Below are positions 1 to 12,000 of a DNA stretch of 64,000 nt, one piece after another. The translations under genes and the position numbers were made by a program. The stretch is from Laetmonice hystrix (taxonomy: Eukaryota), in assembly GCA_965235115.1 (NCBI GenBank), contig OZ249440.1:33792001-33856000 (forward strand), in the 5' to 3' direction. The first letter of the stretch is position 1; each line of letters starts with the position of its first letter. The notes under the pieces are model-generated. The model had not been told where the DNA came from and did not search any database. It saw only the letters and a program-made list of their open reading frames with translations.

Positions 1-10
1 GGGGGGGGCT

Positions 11-2081
11 GAAAAAAAAATGAAAACTAAAATGTCAACTCAGCGTTTTCCTACATGAAACGTTCATGCGGCGGGGGGGGGGCAGTGGTGGATTTAAGCT
101 GGGGGGGGGGGGGGCTATCGGGGTTGCAACACCCCGTTACGAAATAATTTTTCTTTTTTTCCTGCTTTTTGTTCACACAAAACACACATACCCCGCACCT
201 ACACCCCTACATCGCCCCCCCCCCCCCCTTTGGACCCTCGCAACACCCCCGTTGGCGCAAACCTGGATCCGCCCTTGTAGGTGGTTCAGGAATTGTCCCC
301 GTCTTTTTTTCATTTGGGGAGGCCGTAAGTTACACTATTTTCCGGTATCTGGACACAAAATTTTCATGGAAATTGCTTCAAAGATGAAAGTGTGTATATG
401 GGGGTAATTTGGGGAGGGGGGATCAGTGAAAGTTTAAAGAAGGGCAAAGGAAGGTGGGAAAAGATTGGATAGTCATTTTCAAGGGGGAGAATCACCTCCA
501 CCCATTTGGATCTGCCCCTGCGTGGCTATAATATTATTAGGGCGCAGGGGGGGGGGTGAAGCCTATTAAATCCCACCACGCACACTTTTCATTGCGAGGT
601 TGCCACTCCCCTCCCCCCCCCCCCCCCCTCTCCCGGTTCCACCGCCTATGGATAAGTCCCCACGGGCACAAACGAGACGACCAAGGTGTTTGTTATATGC
701 TGCGGCCTGGTCTCCGGGAGCGAGATGTCTCTGTGTCACCTGATAAATTTGATTTAAGAGTAGGCTACTGGGTTTGGTGTCAGTGTCACCCATCAAGGCA
801 TTCATGCATCCATAGGGTGTTACGTGACAAAATTTCTGCTCTGTGATTGGACCATGTGTTCCCGACGATCGAGTCGCGTCGGGAATACCACGCACACTGA
901 CAACTGCAATCGTAGAAGTGGTGCACACTACACGACTGTTGTTGGGCCCGATTCGTTTTTTGAATCGTATAAGACTGCGGGTCGCCGACTCGAAACCCGT
1001 CGTAACTCGTCTTATCTAGTCGTCGATTACATGCACACTACACGACTCTCAGTTGGCGATTGCTAAGACTGCCGATCCCCGACTGTCGCGTCTTAGAAGT
1101 CGTGTAGTGTGCACCGGGCATAAGACGCGACAGTCGGGGATCGGCAGTCTTAGCAATCGCCAACTGAGAGTCGTGTAGTGTGCATTTACTCGCCGACTAG
1201 ATAAGACGAGTTACGACGGGTTTCGAGTCGGCGACCCGCAGTCTTATACGATTCAAAAAACGAATCGGGCCCAACAACAGTCGTGTAGTGTGCACCACTT
1301 CTACGATTGTAGTTGTCAGTGTGCGTGGTATTCCCGACGCGATTCGATCGTCGGGAACACATGGTCCAATCACAGAGCAGAAATTTTGTCATGTGACACC
1401 CTATGGATGTATGAATGCCTTGATGGGCGACACCAAACCCAGTAGCCTACTCTTAAATCAAATTTATCAGGTGACACAGAGACATCTTCGCGCTCCCGGA
1501 GACCAGGCACAAGATGCCTATAAAAAAACACCTTGGTCGTCTCGTTTGTGCCCGTGGGGACTTATCCATAGGCGGCGGAACCAGGGGCAGATCCAGATGG
1601 GTGGAGGTGATTCTCCCCCTTGAAAATGACTATCCAATCTTTTCCCACCTTCCTTTGGTCTTCTTTAAACTTTCACTGATCCCCCCCCTCCCCAAATTAC
1701 CCCCATATACACACTTTCATGCTTTGAAGCAATTTCCGTGAAAATTCTGTGTCCAGATACCGGAAAATAGTGTAACTTACGGCCTCCCCAAATGAAAAAA
1801 GTCGGGGACAATTCCCGAACCCCCTCCAAGGGCGGATCCAGGTTTGCGCCAACGGGTGTGTTGCGAGGGGCCAAGGAAGATGGGGGTGTAGTTTGGGGTG
1901 TGTATGTGTTTTGTGTGAACAAAAAGCAGGAAAAAAGAAAAACTATTTCGTAACGGGGTGTTGCAACCCCAGTAGCCCCCCCCCCCCAGCTTAAATCCAC
2001 CACTGCCCTCCCCTTCCCCACCGCATGAACGTTTCCATGCAGGAAAACGCTGAGTTGACATTTTACTTTTCATTTTTTTTC
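11..2081. repeat. ~2.1-kb imperfect inverted duplication (foldback palindrome), arms ~11-1095 and 1121-2081, 25-nt spacer
   Basis: ...GACTGTCGCGTCTTA (1081-1095) is the reverse complement of TAAGACGCGACAGTC (1121-1135). Complementarity continues outward to AAATGTCAACTCAGCGTTTTCC (~30-51) versus GGAAAACGCTGAGTTGACATTT (~2042-2063). Mirror ORFs 566..928(-)/1288..1623(+) and 824..1066(+)/1186..1392(-). A ~110-bp block at ~520-635 is missing from the right arm. Confidence 0.95.
860..1123. mobile_element. Fragment of a non-autonomous DNA transposon (PIF/Harbinger-like MITE) with CACACTACACGAC sub-repeats; a second end fragment lies at ~2620-2799
   Basis: The same terminus GTCGTGTAGTGTGCACCGGGCA-TAA occurs at 1099-1123 and ~2775-2799, with repeated (T)GCACACTACACGAC motifs. 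Superfamily inferred from the TAA flank and terminus style. Confidence 0.55.
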
Positions 2082-2309
2082 GGGGGGGGGGGACCCCAGC
2101 GCCCCCTTCCCCCCGCTCGAGGCTTTGCGCCTCGCATAGCCCGCATTTCAAATCTTGGAACTTGTGACCTATGTCATTCACAACCCCGGCAACCAATTTT
2201 ATCTTCCGCCACCTATGTTACCCATTATCTCCTAAAGTTCCTGGAATGTTTCCTATGCAGTCTTCGGAGTCGAAGCACAACAATAAGGGCAAGTGCAAGG
2301 GTGGTGCCA

Positions 2310-2544
2310 CAGTGGCGTATCCAGAAATTTTTAAGGGGGTTTCCGAAATTTACGTAGGCCTAGGCCTACTTCAGAGATGGCCATTAGGCCATGCTCCTCT
2401 GGAAATTTAAAAAAAAAACATTAAATAATGTAGCCTAATCTCGGGACGTCTTGTGCGGAAATCTGAAGATTTCCTTTTAATATAGTAATTTTTCAAGGGG
2501 GGGGGGGTCCTGGATACATGGAAAACCCCCTGGAGACGCTACTG
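2310..2544. mobile_element. Short hAT-like MITE
   Basis: TIRs CAGTGGCGTATCCAG / CTGGAGACGCTACTG, flanked by TGCCA on both sides (2305-2309 and 2545-2549). Confidence 0.7.
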
Positions 2545-2893
2545 TGCCAATTCAAGCTCAAAATGTGACGGTGACCGTCGTGACGTGCGCGCAATTAGGT
2601 ATAAGTAGTTCAAGTTTTCAACACCAGGATCGCGGCAATGGGCTGGCGGGTCGCCGACAGTTGAGTGAGTCGCATGGTGTGCATGTGTCTCGTCGTAGAA
2701 ATCGTGTAGTGTGCACGCGCCAGTCTTTAATCGGGAATCGGGAAAAATAGCAACTCAACTGTCGCGTCGTAGAAGTCGTGTAGTGTGCACCGGGCATAAG
2801 AGCCACAGGTGCCTGCCAGCCCGGCCAGGTGTACGTGGTGATTCCACCGTTGGCCGGAAGGCGGCAGTGCAGTCAGCGCCGCTTCAGTGGAGC

Positions 2894-3747
2894 TGTAAAG
2901 GTTCCCCGGGCCGGGACTCTGCAGGCACCGCCCGGGTCGCCGATACACACGAAAGTTTAGAATAAAGGTATGTCTCAAACTGTTCGCTACGTTGGCATGG
3001 CGCGAGGAAGCAGACAAACGATGAGTTGTTGGTGAAGTCCACACCAAAACGATGGGACCAAGGTACTTTTATTCTGTGACTCAACCGGAGTCACAGGGAG
3101 AGTGGTTCTATACAGGATATATGAGAATATACAGACTCTTAAGCTACTGTTTCTAACATGATTATTAAAGTTAGAGACGCGTTCGAGAATGATGTCACTA
3201 ACAACCTATAAGAAATAACAGGAACTTATTAGCATGTGTCCATCGGCACGGATTGAGGAATGTCGTCACCAACAGCCTATTAGAAAGTATACATATTATA
3301 TAATGAGCTCGTGTCTATGAATGACACTTTATGTGACCCTCAAGGATGTCGGGTTGTGGGCACGTGATCTGGGTTCGGCTACCATGCAGCCAGGCAGTTG
3401 ACTACGTGAGTCATAGTAATACCGTCCTGGAATACAACAAGGTCAAGGCCGAATGTCTAAACCGGGTACATGTGAATACATGAATACCAATGAGAGAACC
3501 CAGCATCACTGCATGATGTTATACCCGAAGTCCCTGAGGGTAGTCACGCAATAATATATATATGATATATGGTACCATTATAACCGACACAGAAGATGTA
3601 TACCTAAGGATAATTGGGGAACACACATCTGGTCGGTGGGTAATACCTGGGGCACATAAGATGTAATACCTGGGGTACATAAGGTGTAATACTTGGGGTA
3701 CATAAGCTATACATGCGGATGAACCAATAAACCCAATTTTCCTTACA
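2894..3747 (+). mobile_element. Solo LTR, 854 bp (Gypsy-type likely)
   Basis: TGTAA...TTACA termini, 4-bp TSD GAGC (2890-2893 and 3748-3751), AATAAA at 3726-3731. The paralogous empty site CAGTGGAGCTGCGC at ~4634-4647 has a single GAGC. Internal 23-bp repeat x3 at ~3640-3706. Confidence 0.85.
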
Positions 3748-4656
3748 GAGCTGCGCAGCACCCTGGTGTTTTCTGCCTGCAACATCTCTGTGCTCTTTCT
3801 TTGTTTGTTTCTTACTTGGGGATGGGATATCTGATATAGAAAAGGCGTACAACGTCATTTGCCATTGTTATTTAAACCTTTACGGCAAACAGTCATTGGG
3901 ACGACCTGACAACGTTGTGGGACGCTTACAGATGGTCTGTAGGGGGCACAGATTAGATGGGAGTATATATGATAGACGAAACGTATGGCCTGCCTCCTGG
4001 ACAATAAAGACATGGAAACATGAAACATGAGGCGTCCATATACTACTGGCTACTGTTGTATACATGAAAACGGTACAGGGAGGCCAAACAGTACAGTGAG
4101 GAATGGCTACAAGGTACTGGCTGGCCTAGCTAGTACCCAAGCGAACACTACAGCGAGGCCAAAGAGTACAGTGAGGCCAAACAGTATACTGTGAGGCCAA
4201 GCAGTGTGGGAGGCCAACCACTAGAGTGAAAAGTTCCTACATCCCTACCGGCTGGCCTAGTAGTCATGCAAACACTACAGTGAGGTAGTGGAAATGAAAG
4301 GTACAGGCGAGGAGCATCTAATGTTAAAATTTGGAAAAGATACTCAAATGGGAAGTGTAAACATCACAACCATATATCTGTAGCGAACGTACGATACCGA
4401 TACGTTTGACAGTCATACATCTGGCCTAAGAATCATAATTTTGGGGGGCGTAGTTTCAATTTGACGTATCAAAAATGTAGCCATTTTCCGCTTATCATTG
4501 CTTTAACCTGTCTCTCGCCCAAGAGCCACAGGTGCCTGCCTGCCCGGCCAGGCACACGTGGTGATTACCCCGGTAGCCGGAAGGTAGCACTGCAATCGCA
4601 GCGCCCGCTCCCCCCCCCCCCCCCCCCCACCTTCAGTGGAGCTGCGCTGCACCCTG

Positions 4657-4916
4657 GGCCCGGTTTTTTTGTGAACTTTTCCACCGTGAGCAAGGGTGAG
4701 CTGAGCTGAGCAAGGGTGAGCAGAAGCTCATGCTCACCGTTTTGCTCACTCTTTTCGTTTTTTGGGGTGTTTTTCCGCGAGCTTGCTTATCATGAGCACG
4801 CCTCATGGAAAAAGGCAACCAAAAACATGAAAACGGCGAGAATGAGCTCACGCTCACCCTTGCTCAGCTCAGCTCACCCTTGCTCACGGTGGAAAAGTAA
4901 ACAAAAAAACCGGGCC
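4657..4916. mobile_element. 260-bp PIF/Harbinger-like MITE
   Basis: Long near-perfect TIRs GGCCCGGTTTTTTTGT...CCACCGTGAGCAAGGGTGAGCTGAGCTGAGC and their reverse complement, 3-bp TSD CTG (4654-4656 and 4917-4919). Empty site GCACCCTGGTGTT at ~3758-3770. Confidence 0.88.
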
Positions 4917-5001
4917 CTGGTGTTTCTTGCCTGCAACATCTCTGTACTCTTTCCTTGTTTGTTTCTTACTTGGGGATGGGGTAGGCCTACAACGTCATTT
5001 G

Positions 5002-5472
5002 GGGTGTGACTAAATACCGGAATCCCCGGTATCCCTTGGAATTTATCGGAATCCCCCGGAATCTACCGGAATCCCTCGGAATCCCCCGGAATCTACCGGA
5101 ATCTACCGGAATCACCGCGGATTTGGGGTCGGAACGCCCCAGAGTGTCCAATGTGCTCCAGGGATACTCTGGGCCATTCTGAGCCCATATTCGGGGGGGG
5201 GGGGATTCCGGTACATTTTGGGGTAAATTAGAGAGATACAGGGGGATTCCGGTATTTAGTCATTTTCCGTTTTCTCGAATTGTGTCAAATCCGGCAAAGT
5301 CCGGCGGGTTCCAATGTGCTCCAGGGATACTCTGGGCCATTCTGAGCCCATATTCGGGGGGATTCCGGTAGATTTCGGGGGATTCCGGTAGATTTCGGGG
5401 GATTCCGGTAGAGTCCGGGGAATCCGGTAAATTCCAAGGGATTCCGGGGGATTCCGGTATTTAGTCACACCC
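5002..5472. mobile_element. MITE/foldback element with 10-bp CCGGAATC(C/T)N sub-repeats
   Basis: TIRs GGGTGTGACTAAATACCGGAATCC / GGATTCCGGTATTTAGTCACACCC, and internal direct duplication of TCCAATGTGCTCCAGGGATACTCTGGGCCATTCTGAGCCCATATTCGG. No clean TSD. Confidence 0.8.
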
Positions 5473-5929
5473 ATGGGCAATAAGAAGGTCTACCCGTAAC
5501 ACGAACAAACCGTCGTACCTCATGGATTATAAAATTGATTAAAAAGGCTTATCTGCCAAGGACATACTTTTCTTCTGAATGACATATCAGCGTCAATGTA
5601 AACTAAGTAACGTCTAACATCATATCTGAGTTGTTCTCGATGACGTAACGGATAATGATTAGCCTATTTCATAATAGATTAATAGAGTAATGATTATTTC
5701 ATATAGAGTAATAGAGTAAAAGCAGGGTCAAATTCATATGCTTCCACAAGCAGGACACTATACTAAAGATGGACAATGACTTTATCATTCAAAAGAAAAA
5801 AGGAAGGATGTTACAGTATGTGTAGTTTGATGTTAGTAAAATCCACTAGATGGCGGCACGGTAGACGAGGCAGCGCTGCATAACACAGTAGCCTACACGC
5901 ACACAGTGTTTTGTAGCCAGAGTAATGGG

Positions 5930-7370
5930 TTCATTACGAAACCCGTGTGTTGCGTGGCGGGAGACTGAGGAACGAAATATCACGGAAAAAGCGGGATTTT
6001 ACGTTCTAAAGTACACCTACTCTTGTCCAAAGGTACCAAGAAACGGTAGACATGACAAATAGGAAATCTGATAAAGCCAAGGACAAAAAAAACAAGGTTT
6101 TCCAAGAGGTAACACCACCACCGGACACCACCAATATGGCGACAAGGACGGGACAATGGCACACGAAACAAGGTAACAGGTAAACCTAGATTATGATTTA
6201 CTCTAAGCTGTCAGGAGCTAAGGAGTCAAGCCGACCACGACCAATACTATAGCTAGATCCGTAAGACGAACTGTTCGTGACGCAATCCTTCACAATGCCA
6301 AGAAACTCCGGGACCCAAACACTATGTGTATAAATGAGGATTTACCCGCGCAAATCAAAATGGAGAGAGCGGCGCTAAGATCACTAGCTACGTATGCGAG
6401 GCACATAGAGCCCCGCATCTCTGCAAAGGTTGTTGGTGACATGTTACACCTCAATAACCAAACCTACAGGTATGAAGACCTTGAACTATTGCCATCGAAA
6501 TTTTCACTATAGCTGCCGCCAGTATACCCCAAGGTGTCAGAGAATGCTGTCGGATGTGCCTCAGAGTCAGAACACTCACCCTTAAGTAATTTCTATCCAT
6601 GTGACATTATACTCGACGGCCGTAAGTAGAATTCAACCGAACAGTATTTTCAAAGTAAGAAAGCTGAAAAGGCACAAAATAACAAAAATGCTAAATCATA
6701 ATAACATCAACATCAGAGTGGCCAAGAATCGAGGACGCTAACAATGCCAACTTTTCACAGCACAGAGATCTCTTGCATGTACTACTTGACACCGGCCACC
6801 GCACTATGATCGAGGCTACTCGAGATTGGAAGTGGGGCGGTGCATGCAGTCTATGGTCAACTGAACTCAAAACCAGGGGCGCCGGAAGCAAATTATTATT
6901 GGGGGGGGGGGGGGGGGGGGGGCAAGAGAGCTGAAGCGAAAGTCATAGGCTACAACATGTTTAGTAAAGCAGGGTCGGAGGCCCTCCCCAAGAAAATTTT
7001 AAAAACTACACACCCTAAAACGCTTTTCTACGACATTGTAAGGCAGGATTTTTTATGTTTTGAAGGCGTGAATGAATAAATTACAATGTATCATTAGGAC
7101 AATCGACCCAGTCTTTGACGCACCCAAGTCATGGTTTCAACAGGCCTACTGTATGTGGAAAAACCTGCCTTTTTTCATTCATGATCACAGATTATTGGGG
7201 GGGGGGCGATGCCCCCCCAACCAGATTATTGAGGGGGCGGTTGCCCCCCCTGTCCCCCCCCCCCGCTTCTGGCGCCTATGCTCAAAACACTGTGCTTCAA
7301 AGGTTAAAACAAACACGGCAAAATCCTAATGGATCTTAGGCGCCAGATGAAAGACGTTAATTCGTTAATT
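5930..7370 (+). pseudogene. Decayed ORF: LINE-1 ORF1-like (RRM/CTD) region fused to a C-terminal NADAR (YbiA-like) domain
   Basis: Manual translation across stops and frameshifts: RPRPI/IARSVRRTVRDAILHNAKKLRDPNTMCINEDLPAQIKMERAAL (~6232-6377, ORF1-like), then in the same frame HSPLSNFYPCDIILDGRK*NSTEQYFQSKKA (~6573-6665), then NFSQHRDLLHVLLDTGHRTMIEATRDWKWG (~6749-6838), and after the MITE FKG*NKHGKILMDLRRQM (~7296-7349). The 5' boundary is uncertain. Confidence 0.75.
6874..7280. mobile_element. 407-bp hAT-type MITE interrupting the NADAR region
   Basis: TIRs CAGGGGCGCCGGAAGC / GCTTCTGGCGCCTATG and a perfect 8-bp TSD CTCAAAAC (6866-6873 and 7281-7288). Confidence 0.9.
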
Positions 7371-9084
7371 CCACCCTCTCCCGCCCAAACGCATGTAATT
7401 TTGATTAGGCATGACTACCAACATATGATTTATTTAATTTCTACCAAGTTTTCTACTCGGTCTATGCCTTGTCTTTGTGTCCTGTGATGCCACTGTATTA
7501 GCCATTTAACGAGGTAATCGGGGGCTGGTGAGCACGATGTTCTCTTCAGGCTAACCATTTTCAGTCATAGAATCCAGATCTATAGGGCTCTCAGTAGGCC
7601 TAAAATGTTCATGGGGATGTTAGCTATACGCTTGCAAACTGAAATGCTGCATGTAGCTTAATTGATGACGGGGTTAGGCCCTATTCGGTAATTAGTATGA
7701 CGCTGTCTCTGGTCACAAATTAGAGTTTCCAAACTGGCCAAGAGTCAGGGACTGAGGAAAACGGCGGCTACTGGCCATGGCTTTCATCATACCTTTTCGG
7801 AAGTGTATATGTCTACATCACATTAACCATTATGTTACCTACATTCTGAGACCAAGTTGAGGGATGTAGGATGAGTACCTATTTTCTAATTAATGGACTA
7901 ATTAGTGTCTCAGCGCGTACAGACTGGTAGTACAGATGTGGGTCATATATTATGCAGTTGCGTGGATATATTCGTTTTCCTTGTCGGCCTTATGGGCCAC
8001 TGTTTGTGTGTTATATGCCGTTTACGGGGGGGGGGGCATGGATAGGGTCCCGCCAGGGCCCAAGGTACCCTTAATCCGCCCTGCTCTTTCTTGATTCGTA
8101 TTGCGAGTGGCCCTGAGAAGATCTTCATTGCTGGTGTCCATTCCAACCAAACAATAAATTGTAGGCTATCAGCTCACTCCCGTTGTGTTTCGATGATATT
8201 CCCGTTGGGGCATGCAGGATCAGTGAGGTGGTAGGGAGGCATAACGCCAGGATTTTTGCTAATGTAAGTGTTAAAGAAAGACGATCTAAAGCATAACTGA
8301 GTAACATTCCATACCTTTGTAAAAAGTCCCCACCCAATATCAATTTACTGTGGATGGCAAACAGGCTCGGCTGCATAGGTCAGCAGGATAGATATTGCCC
8401 GATATTGGCCTACGTCTATTAGATGATGAAGCTCAAAAGAAGCACATATTAAATCCAATACTTATAGTGAGTTATTCTGGAATATTATATATGTTCACTA
8501 TACATGGAAGTTTAAAAATACACTTTTTGAGGAATCAACCAAAAGTACATATATATCCTATAGAAATTTGAGTCAGTTTTCTTTCACTGAACATACAAAT
8601 GAAGAAAAATACTGATGAATAAATGATGCATGTATACTACCAGAATTCTCGAAACCTGCAACTTACAGGATGTCAACACTAATTTATCAATGACGAAATG
8701 TGACCTCTTTCTATTTTTTCAGTATTTGGGCGCCAGCACCGGCAGTAGTGGTACACTCAGACAGGACAACCAGATGCCGACCCACAACCATCCACGGACA
8801 ATGCATAGCTAAGTCGGCCTGAGTCACATTTGTTTTCTGTGTATTATAATGCAAAACAAAGTAACTCTGGGGATCAATGAAAACCGGCTATGCTGATGAA
8901 CCCCAGGGTAAATATAAAAAGTTTTAAAAAAAAGAAAAAAAGAGACCGACCCATGACCACCCACGGACAACACAGGAACAACAAGCAACTCACATCCACG
9001 TGCGTTTTTTTCTTGTTATATGGTACGTTCTGCTTAATGTATTTTTATATGAAGAGTTTCAAAATCATGATATATCCATTTTAT

Positions 9085-12000
9085 CTTTCATCACCCTATG
9101 GTGGTGAGGGTTGGCAAGGTGTTGGAGTGGTTAGTGCTAATGTCTGAGGGCCAGTCTGCCATATCATAGGGGTTGGGAAGGAGGAGGTGTTTGCTGTGTG
9201 GTTCGGGGTAACGACTGAGGGCAAGTCAGCCATATCATGGGGATGGGAAGGGCGAGGTGTTGTCTGTGTGGTTTGGGGTACTGCCTGAGGGCTAGTCAGC
9301 CATATCATGGGGGGTTGGGAAGGCGGGAAGGTGATGGCTCAATGGTTAGGGGTAACGTCAGATAGCCAGTCAGCCATATTATGGGGGATGGGAATTCAAG
9401 TCATCTTATCATCTGTGATCATAGTCATTCCCCGTGGGACCTGGGGAACAATAGGCCCCATCCGTTTCATCACCCTATGGGGATGAAGGTGGGGAAGGTC
9501 TTGGTTGTGTGATTAGAGGTGATGCCTTAGAGCCAGGCTGTGTGATTCTGGGTACTGTCTGAGGACCAGACAACCATATCATGGGATTTGGAAAGCGGGA
9601 GGTGTTGGCTGTGTGGTTCGGGGTACTGTTTGAAAGCCAGACAGCCATATCGTTTGGATTGGGAAGGGGGAGGTGTTGGCTGTGTGGTTCGGGGTACTGT
9701 GTGAGGGCCAAACAGCCATATCATGGAGAATGGGAAGGGCTAGGTGTTGGCTGTGTGGTTCGGGGTACTGTCCAAGGGCCAGTCAACCATCTCATGGGGA
9801 TTGGGAAGGGGGAGGTGTTGGCTGTGTTGTTCGGGTTCGGGGCCAGACAGCCATATGATGGGGATTGGGAAAGGGGAGGTGTTGGCTGTGTGGTACGGGT
9901 TAATCTCTGAGGGTCAGTCAGCCATATCATGGAGGTTGGGAAGGGGGGAAGGTGTTGGCTGAATGGTTAGGGGTAACGTCCGCCATATTATGGGGATTGG
10001 GAAAGGGGAGATAGGGCTGTGTGGTTAGGGGTAACGGCTGAGGGCCAGTGAGCCATCTCATGGGGATTGGGAAGGGGCAGTGTTGGCTGTGTGGTTCGGG
10101 GTGCTGTCTGAGGGCCAGGCAGCCATATTATGGGGATTGGAAAGGGGGAGGTGTTGGCTGTGTGGTTCGGAGTACTGTCTGAACGCCAGACAGCCATACC
10201 ATGGGGATTGGGAAGGGGGAGGTGTTGGCTGTGTGGTTCGGAGTACTGTCTGAACGCCAGACAGCCATATCATGGGGATTGGGAAGGGGGAGATGTTGGG
10301 TGAGTGGTACGGGGTAACATCTGAGGGTCAATTAGCCATAACCTGGGGGTTGGGAAGGGGGGAAGGTGTTGGCTCAATGGTTAGGGGTAACGTCAGATGG
10401 CCAGTCAGCCATTATTATTATGGGGGATGGGAATTTGGGTCATCTTATCATCTGTGATCATAGACATTCCCCGTGGGGCCCGGGGACCAATAGGCCCCAT
10501 CTGTTTCATCACCCTATGGGGACCAGACTGGGGAAGGTGTTGGTTGTGTGATTAGAGGTGATGCCTTAGGGCCAGGCAGCCATACCATGGGGATTGAAAA
10601 GGGGGAGGTGTTGGCTGTGTGGTGCGGGGTACTGTCTGAAGGCCAGACATCCATATCGTGGGGATTGGGAAGGGGAGGTGTTGGCTGTGTGGTTCGGGGT
10701 ACTGTCTGAGGGCGAGACAGCCAAATCATGGGGTTTGTGAAGGGGAAGGTGTTGGCTGCGTGGTTCGGGGTACTGTGTGAGGGCCAGACAGCCATATCAT
10801 GGGGATCGGGAAGGGGGAGGTGTTGGCTGTGTGGTTAGGGGTAACGTCTGAGGGCCAGTGAGCCGTCTCATGGGGATTGGGAAGGGGCGGTGTTGGCTGT
10901 GTGGTTCGGGGTGCTGTCTGAGGGCCAGGGAGCCATATTATGGGGATTGGAAAGGGGGAGGTGTTGGCTGTGTGGTTCGGGGTAATGTCTGAGGGTCAAT
11001 CAGCCATATCTTGGGGATTGGGAAGGGGCAGATGGTGGCTGTGTGGTTCGGGGTACTGTCTGTGGGCCATACAGTCATATCATGGGGATTGGGAAGGGGG
11101 AGGTGTTGGCTGTGTGGTTAGGGGTAATGTGTGAGGGCTAGTCAGCCATCTCATGGGGATTCGGTAGGGGGAGGTGTTGGCTGTGTGGTTCGGGGCACTG
11201 TCTGAGGGCAAGACAGCCATCTCATGGGGATCGGGAAGGGGCAGGTGTTGGCTGTGTGGTTAAGGGTAACGTCTGAGGGCCAGTGAGCCGTCTCATGTGG
11301 ATTGGGAAGGGGCGGTGTTGGCTGTGTGGTTCGGAGTACTGTCTGAATGCCAGACAGCCATCTCATGGGGATTGGGAAGGGGGCGGTGTTGGCTGTGTGG
11401 TTCGAGGTGCTGTCTCAGGGCCAGACAGCCATATCATGGAGATTGGGAAGGGGGAGGTGTTGGCTGTGTGGTTCGGGGTATTGTCTGAACGCCAGACAGC
11501 CATATCATGGGGATTGGGAAGGGGGAGATGTTGGCTGTGTGGTTCGGGGCACTGTCTGAGGGCAAGACAGCCATATCATGGGGATCGGGAAGGGGGAGGT
11601 GTTGGCTGTGTGGGTAGGGGTAACGTCTGAAGGCCAGTGAGCCATCTCATAGGGATTGGGAAGGGCTGTGTGGTTCGGGGTGCTGTCTGAGGGCCAGGCA
11701 GCCATATTATGGGGATTGGAAAGGGGCAGGTGTTGGCTGTGTGGTTCGGGGTACTATGTGAGGGCCAGTCAGCCATCTCATGGGGATTGGGAAGGGGGAG
11801 GTGTTAGCTGTCTGGTTCGGGGTAAAGTCTGAGGGCCAGTCAGCCATATCATGGGGATTGGAAACGGGGGGTGTTGGCTGTGTGGTTAGGGTACTGTCTG
11901 AGGGCCAGTCAGCCATCTAATGGGGATTGGGAGTGAGTGAGTAGTGGTGGTTTTGCGCCGTGTCGGCATCCTCACGGCGAAAACAGAGTTATAAGACCAT

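Noticed and set aside
4070..4290. Short degenerate GAGGCCAAACAGTACAGT repeats
   Set aside because: A few low-identity minisatellite-like copies with no further structure.
8125..8376. ORF with LILGGDFLQRYG resembling a retropepsin C-terminal motif
   Set aside because: No D(S/T)G motif or flanking gag/RT similarity is recognisable, so it is too weak to call.
8705..8816. Possible exon after a polypyrimidine tract and AG
   Set aside because: The putative donor is CTAAGT rather than GT, there is no recognisable protein and there are no partner exons.
10436..10520. Hammerhead, HDV ribozyme, SECIS or box C/D snoRNA reading of the satellite insert (minus strand GTGATGA...ATGA)
   Set aside because: No CUGANGA plus GAAA core, no room for HDV P3/L3, no SECIS AA loop at the right spacing, and the D box is ATGA with no convincing terminal stem.
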